Source of the DNA: a virus
Virus record (IMG/VR): IMGVR_UViG_3300036795_000250
Span: 65,194-129,193 of that record
DNA: 64,000 nucleotides
Direction: 5' to 3' (one strand)
Positions 31,006 to 41,056 of this stretch are shown piece by piece. A program made the translations under genes and the position numbers. The first letter of the stretch is position 1. Each line of letters opens with the position of its first letter. The notes under the pieces are model-generated. The model was not told the DNA's origin, searched no databases, and saw only the letters and a program-made list of their open reading frames with translations.

Positions 31006-31341
31006 ATGATGTCTCACGAGTCACCAGTGGACGCAGGTCCTCCGAACTGCGCCAATGACCAAGACAGCTCTGTTGATCACGACAGTGAAGGGGAGACGTC
31101 TGAGTCGGATCAGGCAGTCAATGCCGAATTGACACCCTATAGCGAATTGATAACGATCCTGGAGCGGCTGGACTTCCTGCTCCGCGAGACGCGCAGACGC
31201 GAGGGCTTGTCTCTGAGACATGTCGCTAGACTCACTGGGATCCCGTTCAACTCGATCCGGAGATTCGAGGCACATGGTGTGCCGGATGCGGTACTGACCG
31301 TGCTGCGTTTCGTCGGTTCGCATCGCACGTCCGGCTCATAA
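31006..31341 (+). CDS. XRE-type HTH protein
   Basis: RRREGLSLRHVARLTGIPFNSIRRFE. Confidence 0.7.
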   Translation: MMSHESPVDAGPPNCANDQDSSVDHDSEGETSESDQAVNAELTPYSELITILERLDFLLRETRRREGLSLRHVARLTGIPFNSIRRFEAHGVPDAVLTVLRFVGSHRTSGS

Positions 31342-31456
31342 TCCAGTACATCGTGACCCCGTCGCCGACGACTGTTCCTATTGCGGTACAAGGTAACAAC
31401 TTCTGGTGGAACGACGACTTACCCTTGTGCAGGGTGGGGCGCTGAGGGGTCTTTCC

Positions 31457-31867
31457 TCAGCAGGAACAACCTTTGTCCCCAGACCCTGGTCGAGGGTTGT
31501 TCCACAGAACATGGGTGCCGAGTCGGTCAGTCGCGGCGGGTGATGTCAGCCTGCCCAGCTGGTTCATGATGCGCAGGATGTCCCGAATCTGGTACTCATT
31601 CGACACTCCTACAGGGTTACGGGACATCTGTTCACACGCCTCAGGCCAGCGAGCACAGCCACATTCTTGGGCGTGCCACTCATCGGCCAGCGTCCCAGCG
31701 ACCTGGAGAGCCAGCGCGTCCAGGTCAGCGCTCTCGGCCTCCCCAGCTGGCTTCTGGGCTGCGTTGTGGTGGTCCACGTCCGCGTTGTACTGATCGATCG
31801 TGGCGCGGTCGTAGAGGAACGCCCGGCGGATGGCCGACAGCCGCCACCACGTGATGATCTGCTTCAT
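31457..31867 (-). CDS. hypothetical protein
   Basis: AGGAGG RBS before ATG. Confidence 0.5.
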   Translation of the reverse strand: MKQIITWWRLSAIRRAFLYDRATIDQYNADVDHHNAAQKPAGEAESADLDALALQVAGTLADEWHAQECGCARWPEACEQMSRNPVGVSNEYQIRDILRIMNQLGRLTSPAATDRLGTHVLWNNPRPGSGDKGCSC

Positions 31868-31891
31868 AGCGGGGTTTCCTCCTAGGACTGA

Positions 31892-32074
31892 TCAGTCCTG
31901 ATAGGCCAGCACCAGTAGCCAGTGGCCGGTTTCCGGTTCCTTGGTGAGGCTGAGCCCGATCACACTGACGTGCTGTTCATGAGTGCTCAGCCACTCGGCG
32001 GCCTGGAAGAACGCATCCGACTCGCATACTCCGCTGAACTGTTGAGCGAGCGCCGTCAGCGGGGCGTCGGTCAT
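31892..32074 (-). CDS. small hypothetical protein, paralogue of the next gene
   Basis: FSG...DAFFQAAEWL. Confidence 0.6.
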   Translation of the reverse strand: MTDAPLTALAQQFSGVCESDAFFQAAEWLSTHEQHVSVIGLSLTKEPETGHWLLVLAYQD

Positions 32075-32292
32075 GGTGCGCGTTCCTCCACGACAATCAG
32101 GACTGTGCCTCGGTTGTCCGGGCGCGGGGAGATCGACGTAGCGATGACGTCGGCCTCGGCCACGATCAGCGGGTTTCGCTTGTACCACTCGGCAGCCTGC
32201 TGGAACACATCGGCCAGGTCGGTGCCCTCGAACGCCAGGGTCATCGTGTTGGCGACGATGCCGGGGACGTCTGACCCGTCGATCCGCCTCAT
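32071..32292 (-). CDS. small hypothetical protein
   Basis: FEG...DVFQQAAEWY; ATGA-coupled. Confidence 0.6.
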   Translation of the reverse strand: MRRIDGSDVPGIVANTMTLAFEGTDLADVFQQAAEWYKRNPLIVAEADVIATSISPRPDNRGTVLIVVEERAP

Positions 32293-32564
32293 GCGTTGTC
32301 CCACGGTTCGTCGAACTCGCCGTCCTTGGCGCCTGCGATGAACGCATCCCACTCGCCGGGTGTGAACACCAGGATGGTGCCCTCGGGGTCCGCAGAGTTG
32401 CGCATGGCTACGTAGGTGACGCCGTCGCTGTGGGGCACCAGGGCGATCTCCGGGCAGCCGTTGAGGCTCTCTGAGGTACCGGGGCGCTGCCACTCCGCAT
32501 GGGTGAGGTCGAGCTGGCTGCGTACGTCGGCCTTGTCGTCATAGATCGATGCGCTGTCTGACAT
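32289..32564 (-). CDS. DUF397 domain protein
   Basis: CPEIA..VAMRNSADPEGTILVFTPGEWDAFIAGAKDGEFD. Confidence 0.9.
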   Translation of the reverse strand: MSDSASIYDDKADVRSQLDLTHAEWQRPGTSESLNGCPEIALVPHSDGVTYVAMRNSADPEGTILVFTPGEWDAFIAGAKDGEFDEPWDNA

Positions 32565-32694
32565 GCGCGCACTGTACTGGGAGGCCGCTGACGACGACTG
32601 ACCCACCAGGCCGCCCGGCAGGGCGTCTACGGCGGCCACAGGGACCTCGGGGGCACCTGCGCACACAGACCCGGTGGGTCAGCCGCTGGATGGG

Positions 32695-32823
32695 CTACTT
32701 GCAGTTGCCGCAGCAGCCACAGCCAGGGCCGGTGCAGTTGCTGCACGAGCAGCCGAGGTTCTTCTCACTACCGTTTTCACTGGCCGGCGGGCGCGGTGTC
32801 GGTAGCGCGGTGGTGGTGTTCAT
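32695..32823 (-). CDS. 42-aa Cys-rich peptide (metallothionein-like)
   Basis: GGAGGA RBS; ends GCSCSNCTGPGCGCCGNCK (7 Cys). Confidence 0.6.
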   Translation of the reverse strand: MNTTTALPTPRPPASENGSEKNLGCSCSNCTGPGCGCCGNCK

Positions 32824-33009
32824 GGCTTCCTCCATAGTCATGCGAGTGGTGAGGCGCGACCCAGTGTCTATGCATGGTCGACTATGTGTCAGTCCTCCAG
32901 ACGAGGGACTGCCGAGGACTGCGTGGTGGTCCCTCCACGTGACGGTGGTCGGGTTTAGCCTCTCTGGGAGGCTCACTACCACTGTCACCCGTATAGAGGA
33001 CCGTCTATC

Positions 33010-36000
33010 GTGTCGGATTCGTTCGTTCACCTGCATGTTCACACCGAGTACTCGATGTTGGACGGGGCGGCGAAGGTCGCGCCACTGTTCGCCGAGGCAG
33101 CTCGGCTGGAGATGCCTGCGCTCGCGCAGACTGATCACGGGAACATGTACGGCTCGGCCGAGTTCTATCATCAAGCCGTCAAAACCGGCATCAAGCCCAT
33201 TTTGGGTATTGAGGCGTATCTCGCGCCGACCAGCCGCTACCACAAGACGCCGGTCTTCTGGGGTCAGCAGAGCCAGCGCAACAGCGACAACAAGACCGGT
33301 ATGGGCGGTGATGTCTCCGGAACCGGTGCTTACACACACATGACCATGCTCGCTCGCACCGCTACCGGGTTGCGGAACTTGTTCAGGCTCTCCTCGATCG
33401 CGTCGTTCGAGGGCAAGTATCGCCAGCCTCGCATGGACAAAGATCTGCTTGCTGAGCTGGCCGACGGCGTGATCGCCACGACAGGGTGCCCGTCCGGGGA
33501 GGTACAGACCCGGCTACGGCTCGGTCAGCCCGATCAGGCCCTCCAAGCGGCCAGCGACTACCGGGACATCTTCGGTCGGGAGAACTTCTACCTGGAACTG
33601 ATGCACCACGGGCTGGCGATCGAGTCAGCAGTACGCGAAGGGCTCGTGGATATCGGCCGCAGGCTTCAACTGCCCCCGCTACCCACGAACGACTCTCACT
33701 ACGTCACCCGGGACCAGGCCGCCGCGCATGAGGCGCTGCTGTGTGTGCAGTCGGGTAAGACGCTCTCCGACCCGACCCGGTTCAAGCTCGACGGCGATGG
33801 TTACTACCTCAAGTCGCCCGCCGAGATGCGTGGCTACTGGGACAAAGAACTGCCCGGCGCGGCGGACAACACACTGCTGGTTGCCGAGCGCATCGGCGAC
33901 TACGCCGAAGTGTTCACCGAGGTGAATCGAATGCCTCGGTTCCCGCTGGAGCCTGGGCAGACCGAGCTCGACTTGCTGCGTGCGGAGGTCGAGAAGTACA
34001 CCCCCACTCGGTTCAAGAACGGGCTGCCGCCGGGCTACGCCGAACGGATCGAGCGAGAGCTGGAGGTCATCGGGGCAACCGGGTTCCCCGGCTACTTCCT
34101 GGTGGTCGGCGACCTGGTCCGCTGGGCAAAGGCGCAAGGCTATTTTGTCGGCCCCGGCCGTGGCTCGGCGACCGGTTCTCTGGTGGTCTACATCCTGCAT
34201 ATCACCGACCTCGACCCCATCGAGCACTCGCTGATCTTCGAGCGATTCTTGAACCCGGAGCGCGTCTCCCCGCCGGACATCGATCTCGATTTTGACGATC
34301 GCGGTCGTGCCGCGACGATCCAGTACGTGATTGACAAGTGGGGGGCGGAAAACGTCGCCCAGGTCATCATCTTCGGCACGATCAAGACCAAGGCCGCTAT
34401 CAAGGACGCCGCCCGTGTGCAGTTCGGGCAGCCTGGTTTCAGCATCGCCGACCGCATTTCCAAAGCCCTGCCGCCCCCGGTGGAGGCCAAAGACATCCCC
34501 ATCGCCGGGATTTTTGATCCAGGGCATCCGCGCTATGCGGAAGCTGCCGAAGTGCGGAGCATGATCGAGACCGATCCCGAGGTCGCCAAGATCATGAACA
34601 CTGCTCGGGGTTTGGAGGGACTGACCCGCAACGCAGGTGTGCACGCTTGCGCGTTGATCCTCTCCAGCGAGCCGTTGCTAGACGTGGTCCCGCTCTGGAT
34701 GCGGGATGACGGGTCGATCATCACTGGCTGGGACTACCCATCCTGCGAGGACATCGGCCTGCTCAAGATGGACTTCCTCGGGCTGCGGAACCTCACGATC
34801 ATCGACGATGCCATCAAGGCCGTCGAGGCCAACCATGGTGTCACCATTGACCTCTTGACGTTGGAATTGGATGACGCGAAGACCTACGAGTTGCTCTCTA
34901 GCGGGCACTCGTTGGGTGTGTTTCAACTTGACGGCGGCGGGATGCGTGAGCTGCTGCGGCGAATGCAGCCGAAGAAGTTCGGTGACATCTCCGCCGCGCT
35001 CGCGCTCTACCGCCCTGGCCCGATGGCCGCCAATGCCCACATCAACTTTGCCGAGCGCTCGAATGGCCGCCAGCGCATCACTCCCATCCATCCCGAACTG
35101 AAGGGTGTGTTGGAGCCGATTCTCGGCGAGACCTTCCATTTGGTGGTCTATCAGGAGCAGGTGATGCAGATCGCCCGAGACCTGGCTGGCTACACCATGG
35201 GCGGGGCGGACCTGCTGCGCCGGGCGATGGGCAAGAAGAAGAAAGAGGTGCTGGAGAAAGAGTTCGAGAAGTTTCAGGCGGGGATGGGTGAGAAGGGTTT
35301 CGGCTCCCAGGCCATCCAGACCCTCTGGGATGTGCTTCTGCCATTCTCCGGCTATGCCTTCAACAAATCTCACACCGCCGCCTATGGTCTGATCGCGTAT
35401 TGGACTGCCTATCTGAAGGCGAACTACGAGGCCGAGTACATGGCCGCGCTGCTCACTAGCGTTGGCGACAAGAAAGGCAAGCTGGCGTTGTACCTAGGTG
35501 AGTGTCGCCGCATGAAAATCAAGGTGCTTCCGCCAGATGTGAATGAGTCCATGCTGCACTTCGCGGCAGTCGGTGGCAACATACGATTCGGTCTCGGCGT
35601 GATCCGCAACGTCGGTGCCAACGTCGTCGAATCCATTATCAAGACCCGCCAAAAGAAAGGCGCCTACACCTCCTTCACTGATTTCCTGGAGAAGGCGGAG
35701 TTGGTTTGCTGCAACAAACAGGTCGTCGAGTCCCTGATCAAGGCGGGCGCGTTCGACTCGTTCGGCGACAGCCGCCGAGCACTGGTCCAGGCACATGAAG
35801 AAGCCGTGGACGCGGTGACCGGACTGAAAAAACAGGAAGCACTGGGGCAGTTCGACTTGTTTGGCGCGGACGCGAGCGACGCTCCTGAGGAGAGCACCTC
35901 CCCACTAGCCCACCTCACGTTTGATGCGGCGGAGTGGCCCAGGAAACAACTCTTGAGCTACGAGCGGGAAATGCTCGGGCTCTACGTCTCCGCGCACCCG

Positions 36001-36660
36001 CTGGACGGGGCCGAACACCTCCTGCGCGGGCACGCCCCGAAACCGATCGCCGTCCTCCTGGACGAGGCGCCAGCGAAAGACAACGCGGTCACGATTGCGG
36101 GCATCATTTCCTCGGTAGAGCGACGAGTCAACAAGAAAGGCGAGCCGTGGGCGATCGTCACGGTGGAAGACCTCGATGCCTCCGTGGACGTACTGTTCTT
36201 CGCCCGCTCCTACGCGGTGATGCATGAGGAACTGGTGCAGGACAGCGCGGTCGCGATCAAAGGGCGACCGAGCTACCGGGAGGCACCGAAGCAGTCCTCG
36301 AAGGACACCGCCGACGATGGCGAAGCTCTGACCGGGCAGCCACCCGCACGAGAAGAGTCCATGAGCATCATGGCGGACGGACTGATCACCCTGGACATCA
36401 GCGACGCCGAACACAACCCACAGACCGGGCCGCTGCCGTTCGAGTTGCGAGCCGACCCGCGCACCCTCAACAGTGAGACCGTGGGTGAGCTGAAATCCAT
36501 GCTCGTGGCACACCGAGGTGCTACGCCGCTGCGCATCCGCGTCAGCTACCAGGGCCGCGAGACCGTGCTGGCGCTGGACGACTACCCGGTCACCGTCACC
36601 AACGCGCTGCTCGGGGAGTTGAAAGCGTTGCGCGGGATCACAGTGGCAGCCACCAGATGA
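33010..36660 (+). CDS. dnaE: DNA polymerase III alpha subunit (DnaE1-type)
   Basis: PHP FVHLHVHTEYSMLDG, GPGRGSA, catalytic PPDIDLDF, GLLKMDFLGL, YAFNKSH, clamp motif QFDLF, OB fold. Confidence 0.98.
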   Translation: MSDSFVHLHVHTEYSMLDGAAKVAPLFAEAARLEMPALAQTDHGNMYGSAEFYHQAVKTGIKPILGIEAYLAPTSRYHKTPVFWGQQSQRNSDNKTGMGGDVSGTGAYTHMTMLARTATGLRNLFRLSSIASFEGKYRQPRMDKDLLAELADGVIATTGCPSGEVQTRLRLGQPDQALQAASDYRDIFGRENFYLELMHHGLAIESAVREGLVDIGRRLQLPPLPTNDSHYVTRDQAAAHEALLCVQSGKTLSDPTRFKLDGDGYYLKSPAEMRGYWDKELPGAADNTLLVAERIGDYAEVFTEVNRMPRFPLEPGQTELDLLRAEVEKYTPTRFKNGLPPGYAERIERELEVIGATGFPGYFLVVGDLVRWAKAQGYFVGPGRGSATGSLVVYILHITDLDPIEHSLIFERFLNPERVSPPDIDLDFDDRGRAATIQYVIDKWGAENVAQVIIFGTIKTKAAIKDAARVQFGQPGFSIADRISKALPPPVEAKDIPIAGIFDPGHPRYAEAAEVRSMIETDPEVAKIMNTARGLEGLTRNAGVHACALILSSEPLLDVVPLWMRDDGSIITGWDYPSCEDIGLLKMDFLGLRNLTIIDDAIKAVEANHGVTIDLLTLELDDAKTYELLSSGHSLGVFQLDGGGMRELLRRMQPKKFGDISAALALYRPGPMAANAHINFAERSNGRQRITPIHPELKGVLEPILGETFHLVVYQEQVMQIARDLAGYTMGGADLLRRAMGKKKKEVLEKEFEKFQAGMGEKGFGSQAIQTLWDVLLPFSGYAFNKSHTAAYGLIAYWTAYLKANYEAEYMAALLTSVGDKKGKLALYLGECRRMKIKVLPPDVNESMLHFAAVGGNIRFGLGVIRNVGANVVESIIKTRQKKGAYTSFTDFLEKAELVCCNKQVVESLIKAGAFDSFGDSRRALVQAHEEAVDAVTGLKKQEALGQFDLFGADASDAPEESTSPLAHLTFDAAEWPRKQLLSYEREMLGLYVSAHPLDGAEHLLRGHAPKPIAVLLDEAPAKDNAVTIAGIISSVERRVNKKGEPWAIVTVEDLDASVDVLFFARSYAVMHEELVQDSAVAIKGRPSYREAPKQSSKDTADDGEALTGQPPAREESMSIMADGLITLDISDAEHNPQTGPLPFELRADPRTLNSETVGELKSMLVAHRGATPLRIRVSYQGRETVLALDDYPVTVTNALLGELKALRGITVAATR

Positions 36661-37001
36661 ACTGGGAAGAGATCGAGATCCAGCTCGACCGCCATCCGAT
36701 CTGCCACCGTTGCGATGGTGAACTGCTGCTCTCCGCGCGAGTGTCGGTCACGATCGACTGGGTAGAGGGACAGCGAGTTCCCTCGTACCGCACGGTCACG
36801 CTCTGCCCGCAGTGCCACCGGGATCTCCCCGAAGCCCAGGGTCTCCTGGTGTTCTTCGCGCTATATGGCCAAATTTCACGGGAGACCGTCCGAGAGGTGA
36901 CGGTGCTGATCCGGGAGTGGCTCAGCACCGTCACCGCGACGGCCTACACCGATGAGCAGTTGGCGGAAGACATCCGCCGTTGGGAAGCTGGTGAGATGTG
37001 A
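36657..37001 (+). CDS. small CxxC protein (DUF6300-like)
   Basis: CHRC..LCPQC, ATGA-coupled to dnaE. Confidence 0.7.
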   Translation: MNWEEIEIQLDRHPICHRCDGELLLSARVSVTIDWVEGQRVPSYRTVTLCPQCHRDLPEAQGLLVFFALYGQISRETVREVTVLIREWLSTVTATAYTDEQLAEDIRRWEAGEM

Positions 37002-37018
37002 GCTAGTCGGTCAGTGTC

Positions 37019-37879
37019 CTACGGTTTCCGTGCTGCTCCCGCGTACATCACCATGCGGGCTTCATCGGTCGGGTCTGGTTCGTAGCCAGGTTCATCCGGA
37101 TGCCAGTCCGGCATCAGCACCAGACCTGGGTCGATGAGATTCCAGCGGTAGTAGAACGTCATGATTTCGGAAACGCTACGAGTGAAGGTGTTTTCTGCAA
37201 CGTTGAGGTTGTATGCCTGCTGAAGGTTGGACATCTTCAGTCGCACATTTTCCGTCATACCGTCCCAGGAGCCGTGGCTCAACGCGAAGATACTGCCCGA
37301 CGCCAGTGGTTGCTTGAACTTCTCAACGATGCGGTAGGGGCCAGTTTCGTGGCCGACAAAGTGCAGCATCGAGGCCATGAGCAAGCCGATCGGCTTGCTG
37401 AAGTCCAGCAGATCCCGCACCTCTTCATTGTTCAGGATAGAGTCGGGGTTCATGAAGTCTGCAAAGATCTCCGTCGCGTACTGGTTATCCGCCAAAATCT
37501 GGCGACCTTTGTCGGCCGCGTACCGTTCATAGTCAACGTAGACGACCCGGGCTTTGGGGTTGTCGGTCTGAGCGATCTCATGAACGTTGCCCATCGTGGG
37601 CAACCCGGACCCGAGGTCCAGGAACTGATCGATGCCCTCACCGGTCATGTAGCGCACGGCTCGCTGCATGAAGTGCCTGTTGGACTTGGCGAGCACGCCG
37701 GTCCAGGGGAATGCGCGCAGGATGAAGCTGGCCGCGACCTGATCGACCGCGTAGTTGTCGGGGCCGCCGAGGAAGAAGTCATAGACCCGGCTCGCGCTGG
37801 CGACGGTGGGAGTGGAGTCGTGTGGTCCGGTGCGGGGTGAGGGTGCGGCAGGCATGGGCGGTCCTCCGGGCAATGGCAC
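37019..37879 (-). CDS. actinobacterial SAM-dependent methyltransferase (Methyltransf_19 type)
   Basis: SRVYDFFLGG.DNY.VD, GIDQFLDLGSGLPT.GNVHEIAQ, RVVYVD. Confidence 0.92.
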   Translation of the reverse strand: MPLPGGPPMPAAPSPRTGPHDSTPTVASASRVYDFFLGGPDNYAVDQVAASFILRAFPWTGVLAKSNRHFMQRAVRYMTGEGIDQFLDLGSGLPTMGNVHEIAQTDNPKARVVYVDYERYAADKGRQILADNQYATEIFADFMNPDSILNNEEVRDLLDFSKPIGLLMASMLHFVGHETGPYRIVEKFKQPLASGSIFALSHGSWDGMTENVRLKMSNLQQAYNLNVAENTFTRSVSEIMTFYYRWNLIDPGLVLMPDWHPDEPGYEPDPTDEARMVMYAGAARKP

Positions 37880-37896
37880 GGCGCTGCTAGGGGGAT

Positions 37897-37930
37897 GGGC
37901 TGGCCACCACCACGAGGCAGTGGCCAGCCC
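37897..37930. terminator. 11-bp inverted repeat after the DUF397 gene
   Basis: GGGCTGGCCAC...GTGGCCAGCCC. Confidence 0.5.
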
Positions 37931-37971
37931 CTGCGAACTGGTCTAGGGGGGGAAGGGTTAAGGGGCCAAGG

Positions 37972-38172
37972 TCAGCCGGCGGTGGCGGCCAAGAACCTCT
38001 TCCAGACGTCCGTGTCGAACTCGACCACGGCGAATGCAGCGGGGTTCTTGCTGTCCTTCACGCCCACAACCGTGTTCGCGAACGCCACCTCAACGCAGTT
38101 GTTGGTGTTTTGCGTTTGGCTCCGAGTCGACTTGCGGAAGTCGGCTGCACTCCAGTCGATCGAGGACTTCAT
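37972..38172 (-). CDS. DUF397 domain protein
   Basis: FRKSTRS...NCVEVA...VGVKDSKNP...W..FL. Confidence 0.93.
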   Translation of the reverse strand: MKSSIDWSAADFRKSTRSQTQNTNNCVEVAFANTVVGVKDSKNPAAFAVVEFDTDVWKRFLAATAG

Positions 38173-38217
38173 TATGTTAATTCTTCTTTCGTTGCGCGGG
38201 GGTCTGGCGGATAAGTG

Positions 38218-39144
38218 CTACCTGAACTGAATTTTCAGGTTGTCCATAAACCTGAGACTATCATGTGGACTTAATGCGACCGCAGTCAGCGCTGCCCATG
38301 CGGTCTCGAACGCAGCCACACCTGGTTTATCCTCGATAATGCGGGCTTCGAATCCCGCTTCTGTATAGCCGAGGTCGAGTGGTCCAGCGAGTCCTGGCGC
38401 AGGAATGCGCAGCAACAAGAACTCGGTTGGCCTTACAACAAAGCTGTTCGTTGACGGCGCCAAGAACGGGATGATCTGAATGGTGATATTTTCTCGTTCC
38501 GAGAGTTGTATCATATGGTCGAGCTGGCGCAAGAGCGTTCGCTGTGTGCCGACGCCAGGAATACGTAGCAGGCAGGACTCCGACAAGACCGCATTGAGCT
38601 GGGTGCGATGCTCTTTGCGAGTGAAGATGTCAACGAGTGACAGTCGGGCCTGGACACTTGCAGCGACGTCTTCTGACGACCGTTCTTTGTTGGTTGCGAA
38701 AAGTGCTTGTGCGTACTCGTCGCATTGGAGGGGGCCCGGGACAAGTTCCGACCCACAGAGGCGGATCAGATCAGCGTCTTCTTCCAGATCGATCAGCTTG
38801 CGGACGTCTTCGCCAAACACAGCTTTGGCGCCGGTCCACCGGCCACGCTGGCTGGCGTTCTTCCGCATCCACTCCATGTCTTGTGTTGTGGCCTTGTCCA
38901 CGGCCGAGTGCCCGGCCTGCTCCAGTGCCGTGGAGAGGACGTCGATGATTGCGGTGAGGTCCGAGGCCCGTTGCGGCACGCGCTGCCCTTGCTCGATCAG
39001 GTTGATCTTGTTGCGCGCGTCCGTGGCTTTCAGATGCGGGAAGGCGCGCTCGCCCAACTGCTCCTGCGTCAGCTTGGCCAGCTCTCGATAGCGGCGAACG
39101 GTATGCCTGAGCAGAAGCTTATTGGTCGTAGGCGTAACGGCCAT
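38218..39144 (-). CDS. XRE-HTH/DUF5753 regulator (WhiJ/Scr1-like)
   Basis: RELAKLTQEQL..IEQG; LVPGPLQ..EYA, AVLSESCL, QLDH...NITIQIIPF, ALSPHDS. Confidence 0.88.
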   Translation of the reverse strand: MAVTPTTNKLLLRHTVRRYRELAKLTQEQLGERAFPHLKATDARNKINLIEQGQRVPQRASDLTAIIDVLSTALEQAGHSAVDKATTQDMEWMRKNASQRGRWTGAKAVFGEDVRKLIDLEEDADLIRLCGSELVPGPLQCDEYAQALFATNKERSSEDVAASVQARLSLVDIFTRKEHRTQLNAVLSESCLLRIPGVGTQRTLLRQLDHMIQLSERENITIQIIPFLAPSTNSFVVRPTEFLLLRIPAPGLAGPLDLGYTEAGFEARIIEDKPGVAAFETAWAALTAVALSPHDSLRFMDNLKIQFR

Positions 39145-40157
39145 GCGTGTCGTGCCTCCGGGCGAGACGGGCTCATCGAATCGATCATCCCCGACGGTTA
39201 CTCAGCGTAGCAGATGAATCATCCTTTTGGTCGTATGCACAAGCGCAACAGTTGCGAGTAGCCTGCTCATGCCGCAACTGTTGCTGCCGTAACCGTTGCG
39301 CCTGAGCTGGAGGGTACCGGGCTGTGGCCTGCAACAGGAAGGGGAGGCTGTGAACGCCAGGGTGATCGTTGATCTTGCCACCGATAGCGTCCACGACCTG
39401 GCCTTTCTCCCTCGCTCCTGGCAGAACATGCAGGTCGAGGTTGCGGCTCTTACCGGTCGTGCCGCCAAGGTCACCCGCCGGGGAGTCGCAGCAGGTGAGC
39501 AGGTAAATGCGCTGTGTTGTGACGCCAGCATGGCGCCGTGCGTTGTCGTTTTGTGTTCTGCGAAGTGTCCATACCTCATGCTAGCGAGCGCGTGGAAACC
39601 CTTGCAGGGAGATACCCGGGTCGTCGGTACCGAGTCGTCCAGATTCGCAGCAGGCTTCCGGCAGCAACGACCTCTCTATACGGCGATTGAGCACATGATC
39701 CCTGGTCAACGAGGCTGGGGGGTAACGGGTGCAGACGCAAATGCACGCTGATTGCCGCCTGCGGACGTGTGCTCGACCGCTGAGCAGAGCGGTGGTGGAC
39801 CTCCCCGATATCCACTACCGCTCTGCTCGTTCTCCTCGCGTCCCCGGCTGCGATCTCAGCCGCACGGGACGCCACCACAGGGGCACCTCTGGGGTGTGTG
39901 CGCCGACGGTCCGCAATCGTCTGGCGACCCCCGAGGTTCCCTCATCGCGACCAGTGATCGAGCTCGCCCTTCCCCAACGGAGAGAGCTCCACTGGTCGCC
40001 AGGACACGGTCACAGGGCACTGTGCTGGCGTTGCCTGGTGCCCTGTGCCGTGTCCCCCGAACAGCGGCGACGTCGGAGTGATCTCTACCGGCATGAGTGT
40101 GATGTGCATGTTGGTCCCCCGACGTCGCCGTATCCACCGATCGAGGGGCGGCGGCGA

Positions 40158-40538
40158 ATGGAACTCGGACCACGAACATCGATACCGTGCCGCACAGCTG
40201 ATGGGAAACTCGGTCGGATCGATGTGGTCGTACAAGACACCTGGTTCACTCTCGTTGTCGAGAACGGCACGGTGGCGTGGCTGACCACCCGCACCGGGGA
40301 CGCGGTAGCGAGCGTGTTGTTCCGGCGGGACTTCGTCCCGCTGACGCAGATCCCGTGCCGGATGGGGCAGGACCACACCTGGTCCTGGATCTGGATTGCG
40401 GTGTACGGAGACCTGACCAGGTTCTGCATCGGGGACGACGAGCCGGTATTCCTGACCCAGGAGCGAGCTGATGCACTCGCCAAGGTGCTGTTGTGGGCCG
40501 GTGGAGAGACGTCGCGGGCGCGGGTGACGGGCTCATGA
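40158..40538 (+). CDS. hypothetical protein with internal duplication
   Basis: two IPCR...LT...DA.A.VL halves. Confidence 0.55.
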   Translation: MELGPRTSIPCRTADGKLGRIDVVVQDTWFTLVVENGTVAWLTTRTGDAVASVLFRRDFVPLTQIPCRMGQDHTWSWIWIAVYGDLTRFCIGDDEPVFLTQERADALAKVLLWAGGETSRARVTGS

Positions 40539-40715
40539 GGTTCCTCGGAGTCTGGGGGCAGGCGCAGGGCTGGGAACTCGTCGGTTGGTACGTGGCGATC
40601 GCACTGCTGTTGACGCTTGATGTGTCGGCGTTGTTATGGCGCCGCCATCATCGTCATATCAGGCTCTGCGCTGATAGGGACGCCCAGGCTAAGAACGATG
40701 TGTTGATGCGTAAGA

Positions 40716-41039
40716 GTGGTGACGAGGATGACGATGGCCGAGAGTCCAGCGATGACGGCATTGCAGACGCTGGTGTCAGAGAACGGGTGGATTCCGTTGC
40801 AGGCGCCGAACATCTATATCCGGCCATGGCCGGACGGCTCGATGGATACGCTGGCAATTCAGCACGAACATGACGCGCTCGCTCATCGTGCCAACGCTAG
40901 TGAGCGCATCGTCTGGCGCGAACAGGGCGGTCTGCTGGCCGTGATTGCAGCGCTGCGCCGAGTACCACCGCCCGAGGCAGAGAACGCGCCCACAGTGGTG
41001 CTCCCGACCGATTCCCCGGATCGGCAGATCGGGCTCTGA
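40716..41039 (+). CDS. hypothetical protein
   Basis: in plus-strand run. Confidence 0.55.
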   Translation: MVTRMTMAESPAMTALQTLVSENGWIPLQAPNIYIRPWPDGSMDTLAIQHEHDALAHRANASERIVWREQGGLLAVIAALRRVPPPEAENAPTVVLPTDSPDRQIGL

Positions 41040-41056
41040 GAGTCATTCACAGAAAG

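Noticed and set aside
33010-36660. Intein in dnaE, polA or recA
   Set aside because: Lengths are normal and no C...HN-C/S splice motifs or LAGLIDADG blocks were seen
39200-40150. Several overlapping ORFs divergent from the XRE gene
   Set aside because: Could not decide which frame is coding; no motif support
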